Source: Selaginella moellendorffii
Lineage: Eukaryota; Plantae; Lycopodiophyta
Assembly (NCBI RefSeq): GCF_000143415.4
Contig: NW_003314284.1
Span: 1,284,693 to 1,348,692 of the forward strand
Reading direction: 5' to 3'
Length of the DNA: 64,000 nt
The notes under the pieces were generated by a model that searched no databases, was not told the origin of the DNA, and saw nothing but the letters and a program-made list of their open reading frames with translations. Position numbers and translations under genes: made by a program. Below are positions 37,772 to 51,300 of the stretch, one piece after another. Positions within the stretch are counted from its first letter, which is position 1, and every line of letters starts with the position of its first letter.

Positions 37772-38580
37772 CCCGCATCCATGACAAACTAATTCAAAGG
37801 TTTATTTTATAGATAACAAGGGTGCTTGAATATTACATGAATAGATTATAGTAAGTATATTCTGATTTTATTCTTTTAAACTAAAATTTATTACAGAAAA
37901 TTATGATTTGAAAATTTTACTAGCTATTTAAAACTTTATCATTAGATAAAGAATGGGTGGCTTAAATTATTCAAATCACCAAGTTCATTATCTATTTACA
38001 TTTTCAATGTTTTAGTTTTAAAGTATGAATTGCAAAAGTAAATTTCAACTTATAAATTTTAAAATAAAAAAGGTAAATATTATCATTAAAGTTTTTATAA
38101 ATATCAAGTAGTTTATTTAAGTTTATAAATGTTATAGAAAATTTTGATTTGGTTTATAAACTCTATAGGTGTAAAGAATATACCTTGAATATCTAAATAT
38201 ATTCTAGGAGGCATGATAACTAAAACATAAATAAGAAATATGATAAGCCACAGTCAAGATGCTATGGTTTCGATTAAACATTGGTTATAAGATTGCTCTA
38301 GGGTTAAATGATTAATCTCAAAAGAGTGGTTAAGCATCAAATAGTAGGGTGGGCCAAATTTTTTAACAACTCTATGTGCTTTGTAATGGAAATTTATTTC
38401 TTTCAACTTTTCTTATAACTCCAATGTTTAGAAAAATCACCATCAAATCAGAGTGTTTAAGAATAGTTATAACATTTCTTATATAATGGTGGTTTCTTAT
38501 ATAATTGTGGTTTTTCCATGTGTTTATCTGTACAGATTGATTTAAATGGTTGCCACAAACTCCCCAGGCTCTTTTTGTCT

Positions 38581-40104
38581 CTATCCCATTAAAACATTTC
38601 TCACTCGCTCGCCAATGAGTTCGTGCATTCGCTGGGAGAAGTCACCCGAGTCAATGAGCAAGACACGGTAGATCTCCCATTGCATGTCACCGATGGCGTG
38701 GCGACCAATGTCAGCCTGAATCAATCGCAGAACTTAAACAAGCTTACACCATGAAACTTTTGGAAGATTTACCTGGAAAATACAGACGTCGAGCATTTTC
38801 AATGCCAGAGTTACGTCGTATAGAACCCGAGGACGGCCTTTTCCGCTGAGCTCGATCGGTGTGGCTACGAAGAGCTCCGAGTCTGGTCCTCGAGGCAATA
38901 CCGTCACCCAGAGGGGATTAGCAACGTCTCTTACAACCCGCTCACACAAAGCTTTTTGCTTCTCCGGATCCACGAGCTTTCTTCCATCAGCTTGAGTTAT
39001 GAAAAGATCGATCTCGCCTCTCCCTTTGTCGATAGTAGACATCGACAAACGACCGTAAGCAACCTGTGGAACAGAGAGTTGCTAGTTTAGAACCGACGAA
39101 GTTTTTGCCTTGCCTGATAGTTGAAGTCCTTAAGAACTCTTAAGCAGTCGTAAAGCAAGCCCTTTCTGTCTCTGCAAGATATCTGTAGGAGAGTGTGCGC
39201 CGGACTTAGAAGGTCGTCGATAGTGACTCTGGGAGTGTCACCGTTTTGCTGGGAATTCACACCGGAGGACAGTAGCTCCGACACCGAAGGCGGCAGATTT
39301 AATGCAGGAGTGCACATCAAACCTCCATATTCCGGCCCCGCTTCCTTCAGTTCACATTTCGAATGCAAGCCTCCCATCAAGTTCTTTATGCGTTCACAAA
39401 CTTCTAGTGTCCGTTCCCTCGATGGAAGTAGCAGCCTGGGCAAACAAGAAAGGTATAAGAAAAAGAGGGTCACCATGTTTCAAATAATTGCTCACTCACT
39501 TATTGTCAGAGATTATAAAGAAGTCGATGACCTTTCCATCTGGACACGTAGAAGCCTTGACCTTGTGAACAGTGAGCTCCAGTTCCCACAAGATCCTGGA
39601 CATGTCTGCGGGTAGGAGCAAAAAAAAAAGAATAAATTGACAATCCTGGCAGCTTTACGACTGAATCGTACCATGAAGAAGTCCCGCTCGATCTGCCGAG
39701 TAAACTTGGAGAAGAAATAGCTTGAGAGGACTCGTCACGAAATCCGGATCAACCGGCACGAAAACCTGGTTCTCGGGCGGGCACGCTGCTATCATTCGTT
39801 TTCTTAGCAGTCCCCATTGGATGGGCTTCGCGGTGGTGATTCTTGGCACCGCCCAGAACACCAGCAAGCACCACCGTCCATCGGTTTGGACATCTGTGCA
39901 AGGTAGAATGTCAACAAAAGAAGTAAGAACACTGAAAGAAGAAGGACGCTCTTCCCCACCTCCACGGACGAGACTCAGGCCAAATTCAAAGATAATCCTC
40001 GTTAGATCGCAGCCGAGGCCTCTCTTGTCGGGGCAATTCACTGTTATCACAGTCGGATCTGCAGGATGGATCACTACAAGTTCCTCGCTCGGAAGAACAC
40101 CCAT
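38581..40104 (-). CDS. ACT domain repeat protein, ACR9/ACR10 group (multi-exon)
   Basis: TVITVNCPDKRGLGCDL, DVQTDGRWC, DRAGLLH, LSPAHTLLQISCRDRKGLLYD and PIELSGKGRPRVLYDVTLALK. Confidence 0.92.
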
Positions 40105-40769
40105 AATATCGCTCTAGATCTTCACTGGAGCGGAAATTCCACAGAAATGAGTCACATTGCGATAGAACAAGCTACTCCGCCGGCCTACCTCGCGGGAATC
40201 GCCGATTCAACCAGCCAGGATGTGGAATTCACGCCACAGCAGCCACCAGAGCGCACGATCTTGCTGCTGCCTCGAGGATCTAACCAGCGCCTTGGCCAGC
40301 GCTGCCGCCGGATCCTCCCCTGCCCATGCTGCTCTACCTTCCATTACCAGCAAAGGCGCTAAAGCCCTAGCGCGCTCGTAAGAAAAAGAGGAGGCGTGGC
40401 ACGAGGATGGCCGTCGGATGCCGCGCACGAGACTTGTACGGAAATGATCGAGACCGTCCGTACTTTTAACTTGTGCACGATATTGATGGGCTCCAAAAGG
40501 GACTTTAGAAATGTGAGGCGCTCAAGCGCGCGCGAGCTCGTTAAAATCTCCGCGAGGACTTTTTTCTTCGCAATCTATCTATCAACTTAGAGATTGCATT
40601 TCCTTGGTGCAAAGTGTTCTATATCTAGAGCTTTGATTTACAATATGGATCACTTGCTGCGTTTCCTTGGCGCGAATAGCTCCTTTTGGAGGATCTCCTA
40701 GTACACTTTTGAGCTAGTATTTTTAAGAAATCAGCTTTGATTTGGCTCTAGTAAGAACCTAGAGAAACC

Positions 40770-41600
40770 CACAAATTTATTAAGGGATAACAGAATATGC
40801 GTCAAAAGTCTTATTCTTTTTGAAAATTGCATATGCCATTTTGAATAGTTTACCAATTTTTTTGAGTTCCTCATCATAATGTGTACCACCTGCTGCAATC
40901 GCCTAGGCCATAACATCGCGTATTCGCCTTGGCCTTTGTAGTCCGTTCCAATTTGTATCAAGATTTGGGTGACTATTTAGAGCCATCTTGCCTACAGAAA
41001 CACCAAGCAAAGATAATTCAAGTCGTCTATCAATGTCTAGAGCCAAGAGATCCTCAAATATCAGCTGTGCAAAACAACACAAAAGACAAAAGGGGGAAAA
41101 AAATGAGAACGAAGAAAACCAAAGAGAACGTACTTACGTGAACAATGTACACGATCATGGGACCCAGCGGGACATTGACACCATATAATTTTCTGGCAAA
41201 ATCTTAGGAATGTTCGGCCATCTCTCGGCATGCTCCAGCTCGTACAGATTGCACAAAATTTGCTTGACGAGTTTGAGAAAGCTTAGCATCCTCCACCGAT
41301 TCATTGTCTCTCAGTTGTTTAGCGCCGCCGTCAAACTAATGCTCCGGAACTGTGTACTGGAAGTTGAAGATAAAAAATTGACCTCCCTTATTTCTCCCAA
41401 GGGACGGCCCCATCCTGCCACTGCGCGTTGTTGAGTCTCATCTGTGTTTGCAAATCGGATTTTACCTCCAGCACCTGGCGGACGCGGGCAGTGAGGTCAA
41501 TCGACTATGGGGAGTTCCTTGAACCAAACGTTATAGATCGTCTCGATGGTCACCTTGAATGGCAGAATGAGGCCCTAGAACCTGCGTGGACGGTGTGAGT
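40770..41600 (-). pseudogene. Third, heavily deleted copy of the unknown family at 35703-37771
   Basis: tgtctagagccaag.gatcctcaaatatcagctg and gccgccgtcaaa.taatgctccggaact match 36100-36310. Confidence 0.75.
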
Positions 41601-42510
41601 TAGTTGTTGCAGACTTTATTCTCAGAGTTGCTTGCCACAACATCTTCTAGTGGACTAGTTCCTAGGCAAATGTCGTGGCGTGCTAGAAAGCTCCAAATGA
41701 TCAATGATTTTGTCCTGAGTCCAAAAGAGCCTCTCAAGCTTGCTGTCAGGAAACACCTTTGCTGTATATGCACTGGGATCCAGAGAAGATTAGATGTCTA
41801 CAAGTTGGATTGGCTCTGTGGAAGAGGAATTATCTTGAGACGTGGAAAAAAGTTTTAAATGTTAACCAAAATCAAGTAACTCCTCTAGAGGAGAAAATTG
41901 TGGCATGAGAAAAATCATTGCACACTGACTTTTTAAGTCACTTTTTTCTTGTAAGGGACCAACCAACTTTCTGGAAATATTGTTGGCTAAAGTTGTTGGC
42001 TAGAGGCTGCTGTAGGACTTTCTCCTGTAACACTTGCTGTTGCGGGTGCGCTGGCTGCTGCTCAGGGTGGAGAATCCAGCACCTCATCTGATTGAGTGCA
42101 AAATATGTGGTGACAGGATGGCTTAGCATCTTGTGAGTGTAAGGCTTTTAGCTCCTTGAGGTGCATCTGCGGCTGGACAAGCTCTCAATACTACACTAAC
42201 TCCGTCATTGTCTAGCACCAAAGGCAAACTTATCCTCTGTCTTTGGCGCTTACACTCTATTCATAGGCAATCCAGAATGATGGTTGGACTAGTCATGCCA
42301 AGCTCTGGTAACATGTCCCGCTCAACCTACTCAAAAAGAGGTTAGCAAATAACATATTTCCACTTTGCCACCTTCCGCTGGAAAACTGGCTTCAAACCTT
42401 GGATGATAGCTGCGGTGATACGCTTCTCATTCATGGTAAAACCTTTGGCTTCCAGTTCTTCAAATAATCTCCTAAGGATGCTGCTGAATGCAAAAAGCTC
42501 AAAATAGAGT
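41600..42510 (-). mobile_element. Possible decayed retrotransposon gag-like fragment
   Basis: YFELFAFSSILRRLFEELEAKGFTMNEKRITAAIIQGL resembles the copia gag UBN2-type region. Weak evidence. Confidence 0.3.
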
Positions 42511-43010
42511 TGATGGTCTTCTTCCCCACCTCCACATACGAGAATTCGAAGATAATCCTCGTTAGATCGCAGCCCAGGCCGGGACAATTCACTGTTACCA
42601 CAGCCAGATGGATCACTACAAGCTCCTCGCTGGGAAGAACACCATAATGATCTTCACTGGAGCGGGAATTCCACAAATGCGTCACATTGCAATAGACCGC
42701 CGGCCGATTCAACCAGCCAGGATTTAGAATTCACGCCACAGCCAAGAGAGCGCGATCTTGCTGCTGCCTCGAGGAGCCTCTTGCTCTACCTTCCATTCGG
42801 CTCAAAGTAACACGCTCACGCGCACGAGACTTGTACGGGATGATCCGGGCCGTTCTTACCTTTAACGCTTGTGCACGAGATGTGAAATGACTTGGAAATG
42901 TGAGGCGCTCGAGCGAGAGCTCCGCGACCACTTTCTTCTTCGCGATCTATCTAGAGCTATGATTACAATGGGACGAACGTGTTTCCTTGGCGCGTAAGGA
43001 TCTAGTACAC
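42510..43010 (-). pseudogene. Deleted duplicate of the ACR gene 5' end, leader and promoter
   Basis: GVLPSEELVVIH...VTVNCP.GLGCDLTRIIFEF. Upstream DNA matches 39950-40700 with deletions. Confidence 0.85.
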
Positions 43011-43028
43011 TCCGATTTTGTGCTACTT

Positions 43029-44468
43029 TTACACTGATCTCTTGAAAGATCGGCCTTGAGCGGTCTTCTTATCCTTCTCTAAGTCGGGCTTGGCTCTGTT
43101 GAGAACCTGGCGTGGACGTAAAAGAGAGAACTCCACAAAGTTAGGAGCAATGGTGAAAAGGAAAAAAGAGAGCTTCACCTGAATAAGGCTCTCCACTCGT
43201 CTTCTCATCCGCGTGTGCATGAAAGCCTTGGAACACTGCAAGGAGTAAACAGCAAAAGATTGAGAAAGTGAGAGAGAGAGAGAGAGAGAGAGAAGAGAAA
43301 AAATGGAAAACAAAACACGGACCTTGACATGGTAGCTCACGTAGGCATGGAACGTCGACAGGTTCCACACTGTTCGTTCTAATTTGTCGCCCTCGACATG
43401 CCTCGCAAAGATAACTGGTTGTACACGGGGTGGAATTTAATCACCAGGAAAGCTCGAGTTACATACCAATTGAAACAAAGCCGCAGTTCGCATCGAGGGC
43501 GAGACCGGAAACTCCCTGAAGTTCTGCTGGAGGATTTGAAGACCACAGGCATGGAGGAGCTGTGTTTAAACCCCCAGTTCGTCTAGCTTCCATAAACTCC
43601 TGTAACACACCGAGACTAGATTTAACCCAGTATTGTCAGAATGGAGAAACCTGGAGAAAAGACGTGGCGAGAACAGCGTCGTTGGCATCCTTGAAACGCA
43701 TAGGAAAAATCACGGTCACTTTGTCAGCCTGGAGTTCGGACTTGTAATTCTCCGGAGAGCAAAAGAAGAAGGAAGTGCAAAACCTGTGGAACGAGGAAGC
43801 AGGATTCTCTGGGACGGTGCATTAGAGCAGTCAAGCGGTCGGCGTCAGGCGACACGGTGTTCATCGCTAGGTGCTTCAAAATCTCTCGAAGTGGAGCTCC
43901 AAGCACGACCGAGCGAACCGAAGCAAACTTCGTCAAAACCTGCAAGCAATCCTCTAGCACTTGATCACAGTGAGTTTCTTCAAAAAGCTGGAGAAAGATA
44001 AGCAATACCCTCGTCTGCTGGAAGCTGCGAAAGATCGATCCGGAGAGTTAAGTTGTAGCCCATCTCCGGTGGTTCCTTGACTTGTGCGAGAGATCCATAA
44101 GCGCCCCGCACAGCTTCCACGGCACCTAGTGGAAGATCACCAGAGAAAACAGTCTCGGGAGCTGGAAGTGGAAGTCCGAGCGAGAGCGTCATGTAATGTG
44201 GCTCCTTGGCAACGGACTAAGAAGAAAGAAACCAAACTAGACTGAGAAGTCCTTCTACAGCTTCTTTCTCACCAGGATGTGGTAGCGGACATCGTTGAAC
44301 TCCACCAGATGGAAATCAATCTCCAGAGGCTTCTCCTGCTTGCTAGAAATCCTGAAAGAAATGCCGAAAAGATAAGGACAGAAAAGGGAGAGTCATATCA
44401 TCTTACACTCGGGATCGATTGACAAGAATCTGGAGCACTGCCCGCGCCTGAGGCTGCATCAGGATCAT
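43029..44468 (-). CDS. ARPC2: ARP2/3 complex subunit 2 (p34), multi-exon
   Basis: MILMQPQARAVLQIL, VEFNDVRYHI, LSLGLPLPAPE, VRSVVLGAPLREIL, VTVIFPMRFKD, HAYVSYHVK and KAFMHTRMRRRVESLIQ. Confidence 0.92.
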
Positions 44469-44709
44469 CTTCCCCAGTTCTTAGGGCTGCATTAAGAATT
44501 TCTATTTAACATATTTTTATCTAGTAGATTATAGATTTTAAATTTAATTTAAATCAAGGATAATTTATTTCTTCATTTATTTATTAATTCTTTATAAAAA
44601 TTTAAAATTCAAACCTTTTCTTGTACTTTATTATTGATAATAAAGTTAATTTTACGTATTTTATTATAAAATTTGGGGTATCTCTCCTTTGTACAATTTG
44701 ACATTGGAA

Positions 44710-44713
<4 letters not shown>

Positions 44714-44747
<34 letters not shown>
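44714..44747. repeat. (TA)n microsatellite
   Basis: Perfect TA run. Confidence 0.95.
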
Positions 44748-44751
<4 letters not shown>

Positions 44752-46879
44752 ATTTGTTATTATGTAACCACAAAATAATATAAATTTCAACTTCACGTCA
44801 GAATTTTGACACATTAGTAAAGTTTAGATTTCAAGCTTGTGGATGTAATATTTTCCAATACACAAATTAGATTTAAACATATTTTAGATACTATAGATTA
44901 TATTCACTATCACTGTGTGCTCAGGGTTGTTTTCTTAGTGAGGGTAATGGAAATCACTTTGCACAAATCACATGATTAACATTAAATTTGTGATGATACC
45001 ATTTTCTTTAAGATGATGCAGCATCAGTCTTATGTGACAATATAAAATGTCATGACCCATGCATACATGGCATACTCTATGACAAAAATATTATACACAC
45101 AATGAAGTTTAAATTGTTTATATAGCAATTTAAAAGTGATTATGTGCATAATATTTTTGCATACAACCCAAAAATTAAAATCCACACATATGTAAATATA
45201 TAATGCTCCCATATGCAATCATATATTTGTGGCCATAATTTAACTAAATAATAACTATTTATATCATACTTATGTCAATTAACTAGTTCAAAAAAGTTTT
45301 TAAACTATTTTCTAAAAGTCAAATAATAATTGATTGGGATGCATTTTCTAGATAAACCATTTTATGATTAATATTAACATATCTAAAAATTATACTAAAA
45401 TTGAAAATAAAATAATGCTATCCAAGCTCTGCACATTATCCCATGGCAACCACAAGTAATAGCTACTCCAACAGCACCACCAGCATTCCCTTGCCCATCT
45501 TCGTCTGGCTGGAGCAATGTGAACACGATGCTTAAAGAAGAGTAAATATAGAGGGCAGATTAAACAAGATAAAGAGCAATCTAGTTGGCAGAAGAAGCAA
45601 GCAATTCTACCTTGGGTTGTGAAAGCCTCTAACATGGCATGCTAAGATCTGAAAATTTCACAATCTCTACCACCTATTATTTACAATGCCCTAAAATGAA
45701 GTTCTTTCCATACCTAAAATCCGATGAGAGAAAACCTTGGCCATCTAGGACACTCATCCTTGCTCTGCAAGACTTTGCCTCTTGCTATCTCAGCATATGG
45801 CAGAGGCCTTTGCTCTGAAAATATTGCATTGTGGAGGCCTTGTGTGAGTGTTGTGTTTATTTCTCTCTGTGGTGTTGTTTTATAAAAGAAAGAGAAAAGG
45901 ATCATACCTTTTGCATGCTGCTTTGATCTTTGTCATTTCTGTAGACATAAACAAGCCAGTGATTTTCATGTTCCAGGTTACCTTTTCATCCTGTGATCTG
46001 TCACTGCTCGTAAGTCATCCACACTGCCGGGCTTTTTATAAAAGTTTTCCCAACACGTCTTGCGTGAGACCACTCTTATCATATTCTCTGCTGCAAGAAA
46101 CTATAGGTTGCAGTTGTTAGAAATCTCACAAGTCAAGACTTACTTTGCTTACCCCGGAAGAGTTAGCACTTGCTTGCTATACATGGCATATGTCACGATC
46201 ATTGCGTTCCAGAGAAACACTAGTTGAGATGTACGACTGGATTGGAAGTGTTTTCAAGGTAGCTAAGATCTTCAAGTGATTCAATCTGAAAGGCATGACA
46301 ATATTCAAGCACCTGAGTAAGAAAAAACGGGAAAAAAAAAAAAAAATCATGTAAGAGGAAAATGATGTATCCTGACCAGTGGCTAATTGGTTCTTCAATA
46401 TCCAAAAGCTCTTACTTGAGCCTGCATCACAACCTCACCCGCAAATATCAATGAGAACAAAATAAAAAAGTAAAATAAAAATTAGATACCTTTCACATTT
46501 CAGTAGTGATCTCTATTTTGAAATTTGCTTAGAAATGGTGACGAAGCAATCACTTGTGATAATGGAGCACCTTGCCCATAGAAGAGTGCCATAGATTAAG
46601 CTGTAACACACTCGCCCAGCCCTAATGTTCAGATGAACAGACTAAACCGAATATCCTTAAAATAGAACATTTGCTCAGGGTCAGCGTTGGAAAAACATAA
46701 AATCTTAAGGTTGCATGTCCCTTAAAAGTGCTATTTTTTAGCCCCCATTGCCTTAGCCCTAGGATTGAGGGTCCGAAAGAAAAGATGGTTCTGCGTGAAG
46801 CGCGAAGAAAAGAAGATGGTCTCAGCAAAGTGCAATTTTGGGCAGGATCTTCTCATGTCACTGGTCCCACGAGATCCTC

Positions 46880-47970
46880 TAGAGGTATGCTAGGATGGTT
46901 TCGGCTTCTACTTCTTGCCCCAATTTTCTTTCTAGTGGTTGATGTGCTCCTGTTCGATCCTGTTTGCCCTTTGGCTGTGGTTAATTCTGTGGCCATCGCT
47001 GATGACGTTTGTGCTGAAATTTGGGAATGGGTAAAGGGCCTTCACCCGTTCCCATATTTCATCACAAACGCCATCACGGAACGTCTGCAATATTTGAGGA
47101 CGTTTGTGCGGAAATTTGGGAACGGGTGAAGGAATGTCTTCCTTCCCTGCCGGCGGAGCAACATTTTAAGGTGTGTGCGGGAGTTCAAATGTTTGTGTTG
47201 TGCAGGTATACTTTCCACTTCAACTATCCATATGGTGGCAAGAATACTCGGTCTGATCCGCAATTCATCCGACATTCAAGCAGCAAGCACCATCTTTTCT
47301 GACATGCTCCTTGAGCTGAAAGGACTGGTAGACTGGGACGGTGTTGGGGTAGACGAATGTCAGGAACTATCACGTATACTGGAGAACAGGTGTAGAAGCG
47401 AGACTGTGAATGAGGTCGATGCTAGACAAGCTCGTCTTTGCTCTACATGAAATGGGGTTCGAAAAGACCATAATATCTGGGACAGGCGGACATTTAGTAC
47501 AGATGCTGGATTCGCTTTCAGGCTCTGTGAAGGACAAACTCAGCTATTATGTGTACTCACTTTGGGGATTTTTCTAGCGCCGAATCTATCAAGGAGTACA
47601 CACTGAAGTTTGTGAAAGACGTGGATGATTCGACTTCAGCACCATCTTTGGTGTTTACAGAGGCAGAGACAGGTTTTACGTCAGATGTTCTTACGGGATT
47701 CAGAGGGGTCGCTACAGACTTCTTCTTGAAGAAGGCAGATGATTTGTGTAGGCGACCAAAGCATGACCTCTTTGTCAACAGGTCTGTGTGGGACGATGTT
47801 CTGAGGTTCTTTGCAGTACCATCATTCCATCCCAGGTGTTGGGAGGGGTCATAAATTTATTGATGCTGCGGGTGTATATGGGAGTTCTTGTAAGTGTTCC
47901 TGTCTTCTCACTATATCAACACAAAGTTATTTTGAATACAAACTTTGACAGAGTTCTTTGGACACATTGG
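46880..47970 (+). pseudogene. Decayed coding sequence of unknown family
   Basis: Coding-like ORF pieces in shifting frames, with an internal duplication DDVCAEIWEWVK / EDVCAEIWERVK. Confidence 0.35.
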
Positions 47971-48394
47971 ACATAGACAATTTTTTTTGGCATTAGAAGG
48001 GCTGTAGGAAGAAATTACAAATTGAAGAGGATTTTGAAGTGGATTGTTTGCCTTACCACAGACATTACATTAATGCTTCTCATAAAAATTGTGTTTTTGC
48101 TTCTCCATCCGGTTCAGAAGGAAAAACATATGTATGAAAAGTTAAAGTCTTGTTAGAATAATTGATAAAAATATGCAGGTGATATAGAAGAAAATGCATG
48201 GTTTATTAATGTTGTATAATATTTGAAATACACAATAAAATTTAGTTATTACTTTGCTAGTTTTAATAATCTATTGTGTATTACATATATACTAAGTGTA
48301 GCTATTATTCCAATTCATCTAGAATTTGATATTTGAAATTTTTTTTAAATAAAGTAGTAGGACTATAAATTATAAAATAATTAGTAGGTCCAAG

Positions 48395-51300
48395 TGTATG
48401 GCTGCAATGACATATACTAATATTAACTTAATAGAATTTTGATAACTATTGGATTGGTTTCAATCTAGACCACTTGCTCCTTTATAAAAATTAAGGGTTT
48501 CATTTCTGTATTCTATTTCTATATTCCATGCACTCACATTGGTGGCGATAAAAAAACAATTTTGACTATCCTTAAGGAGTGTTTAGATTTTGGATTTTAG
48601 TTTATATATAACTTTTACATTGTTTAAATCTCCTTTTCCCTATAGCTTTTTTGATTTCTTCTTTTTTGCATCTTCCTTTTCATTCATCTTCATGATAGAG
48701 CAATAGCTTCATCCTCTTTTGACTTTAGAGCAGGAGTTAGTGCAATGGCTTGATGTTATACAATTATAGTTGAACAATCAGACTCAATTGATGGCGGCTT
48801 TCACGGCATATGGTACAATTCCTCTTGCTTTTGGTGCCAATCCTTGTGACTAGTAGGAGTTCTTTTGTGGGAGTCATAAAGATGATATGTATCATTAGTT
48901 CAATCACTTTATAGTGATTGCTACATATCATTTTTGAGATAATGCTTGGCATTTGTGTGAATTTCCTATATGTCTCCAAGGGATATAACTGCAATAGTAC
49001 AATAGTTTGAGCATAGGCACTCGTGAGAATTGAAGCATTCTTTTGGACGTTTTTAAATGTGCATTTAGACATGCCAATGATTGTGATGATACTTTTCAAC
49101 AATTGTATTATCTTTATCAATGGCCATATAAATTTATGATGCAATTTAGTGTTCGTTTCCAAAGCCTTTTGCTTTGTGCAGAGCCAAATATATCAAAGCA
49201 TATCAAGTTAGGAATGTTATGGCTAACCTTTTGTTAAGATCTTATAGGACTTATGCATACACTTGTTCCCGCCACCTTTGACGATGTTCTTCGTTTGACA
49301 CAATATTATGAAATGTTGCCTCTTCCACTTCTCACTACACATCTTTAAAATCCACTTTCTATAAGAGATAGTCTTGTTCTATTGGAAGTTGATACTATTG
49401 CTACTTAAATTCAAGGACAAGGGCGAGAACTTAGTTATGGCCGTGATGTCTATTATTGGGTGTGTGATGAAGTTGGTCACATTTATCATTATTATCGGCA
49501 TTTTCCAAATTGGCAACCTCTATTTCTTCGGTGGAGACCTTGGTGTTACTGTCGGTATTGCTGTAGTGGAAAGTCTAAACACCAATATGTTTCTAGGAAA
49601 CAAAGAATCATACAAGTAATAAAAAGACCTTGCATGAATAAATTAATGACCCCCTTCTCTTTTTAGTGGGAATATCATCAAGGGGTTCACTTGGCATTAA
49701 TTTATTCAGTATTTACTTTCTAAATTTATTTTTATAACAAAAGGTTTCTTATTCCTCTTTCCATGTTGGTTGATATAAATTTGAGTTTATCTTCTATTGC
49801 TCGATCTGTTACCACATTTTACTATCTACATTTGTGTCATGTAGTAAAGTCAATTTTCATTCTTTATGGCAACGAGTATACACATGCATGTGCACAAGAT
49901 AAAGCGGACATAATTGTGCATGTGGGTGATTTCAAACTGAAGTTACAATCATTGCATGTGGTGCCAAATTAAACTTTTGACTTGATCTTTGGTGTGGATT
50001 GGTTGTGGTGCAATTATGCTAAATATGACTTTGAGGATTCTCCCTTTTATTTCATGCTTCTTTATATTTTTTTCATTCCTCTCACTGATGTTCCTTTTCA
50101 TCTCTTCGCTTTTACTATTGCTTCCATCATTTTTATTTTCCCATTATTTCATCCTTTGTTTCCATGTTGTTCTTTTATTCCCTTTTCTAATCCCTTTGAT
50201 GGTCTTTGTGTTGCAACAATTGATTAGCTCATAAAGGAGTATACTAATCTTTTTAAATTTGACATGCTGTTTAGGGCTAAGATTGCAACATGTCATCCTA
50301 TACCAATTGGGATGCTCGTTTAATCAAAGTTTTTATTCATTGTTGATCATCAAAAGAGATCAAGATTTCATATGTAACTATTAAAGAGATGTTGAAAAAA
50401 GGGTGTTATTCTAAAGTAACAGAGTCTTTAGGCATGTGAATCTCATCTTGTGATAAAAATTAATGGGATTATTTGTTTCTGCATTGATTATCTTCCATTA
50501 AATAAGTAACAATCCCGAACGTGTATATAATGTTTGTAATGTGTTAGATTGGTTGCAAGAAGTTATTTTAAAGCTGAAGTGATTAAAGTGCATGTTTGGA
50601 TCCAAAGACACCACTTATTTTAGATATCATATTTCTCATGAAGGTTTGTAAATTGATCATAACAAACTTGTGGTTGTTTTCAAAATTCCAAGATATGTGA
50701 ATGATATGCAACACTTTTTAGGTGAAATGCAAAAGTGAAATTGGTGATATATGGTTTTGATATTGTTCATTGCCTAGGGAATTCCTATAACCTTTTGGAT
50801 TTAAAAGTTTTGGGAGGTTATGTAACTTAGTATTATTCAAACTCAAAGTTGCTTAAACCCAAATATTTCAAGGCCCTTAATTAATTAAAAAAAGGTGCAC
50901 TCTTGTTTATAAGTTCTTTCCTTTTGCATTTGATCCCCTATGGATCATCTTTCAAATATTTCTCTTTAGTTGCTTATAGTTGTATAGTTGATGTTAATGT
51001 CTTTTTTCGAGCTTCTCGTCCTTCTTCATTTTCTTCTTATATTTTTACAAGCCTATTATTCCAACATCTGTGGATTTTTTGGACAAGGATTCCATGCCGA
51101 CATTTATTATACTTGATGTTTAGTGTTCATAAGGTGTAGAACAAGATTTACATTTTCTTAATAAAGTTTGTGTAGCTCAAAAGGTTAAGCCATGGATTTA
51201 AAATCTTTGCAATGGGTTTGAGAATATTACATCACTTGTTGATAATTTATTATTTCGGCATTTACATTCTCAATATCGTTTTGAGGATGATTTTATTTTA

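Noticed and set aside
45400-46620. Small exon-like blocks on the minus strand
   Set aside because: Stops occur in all frames and no product is recognisable.
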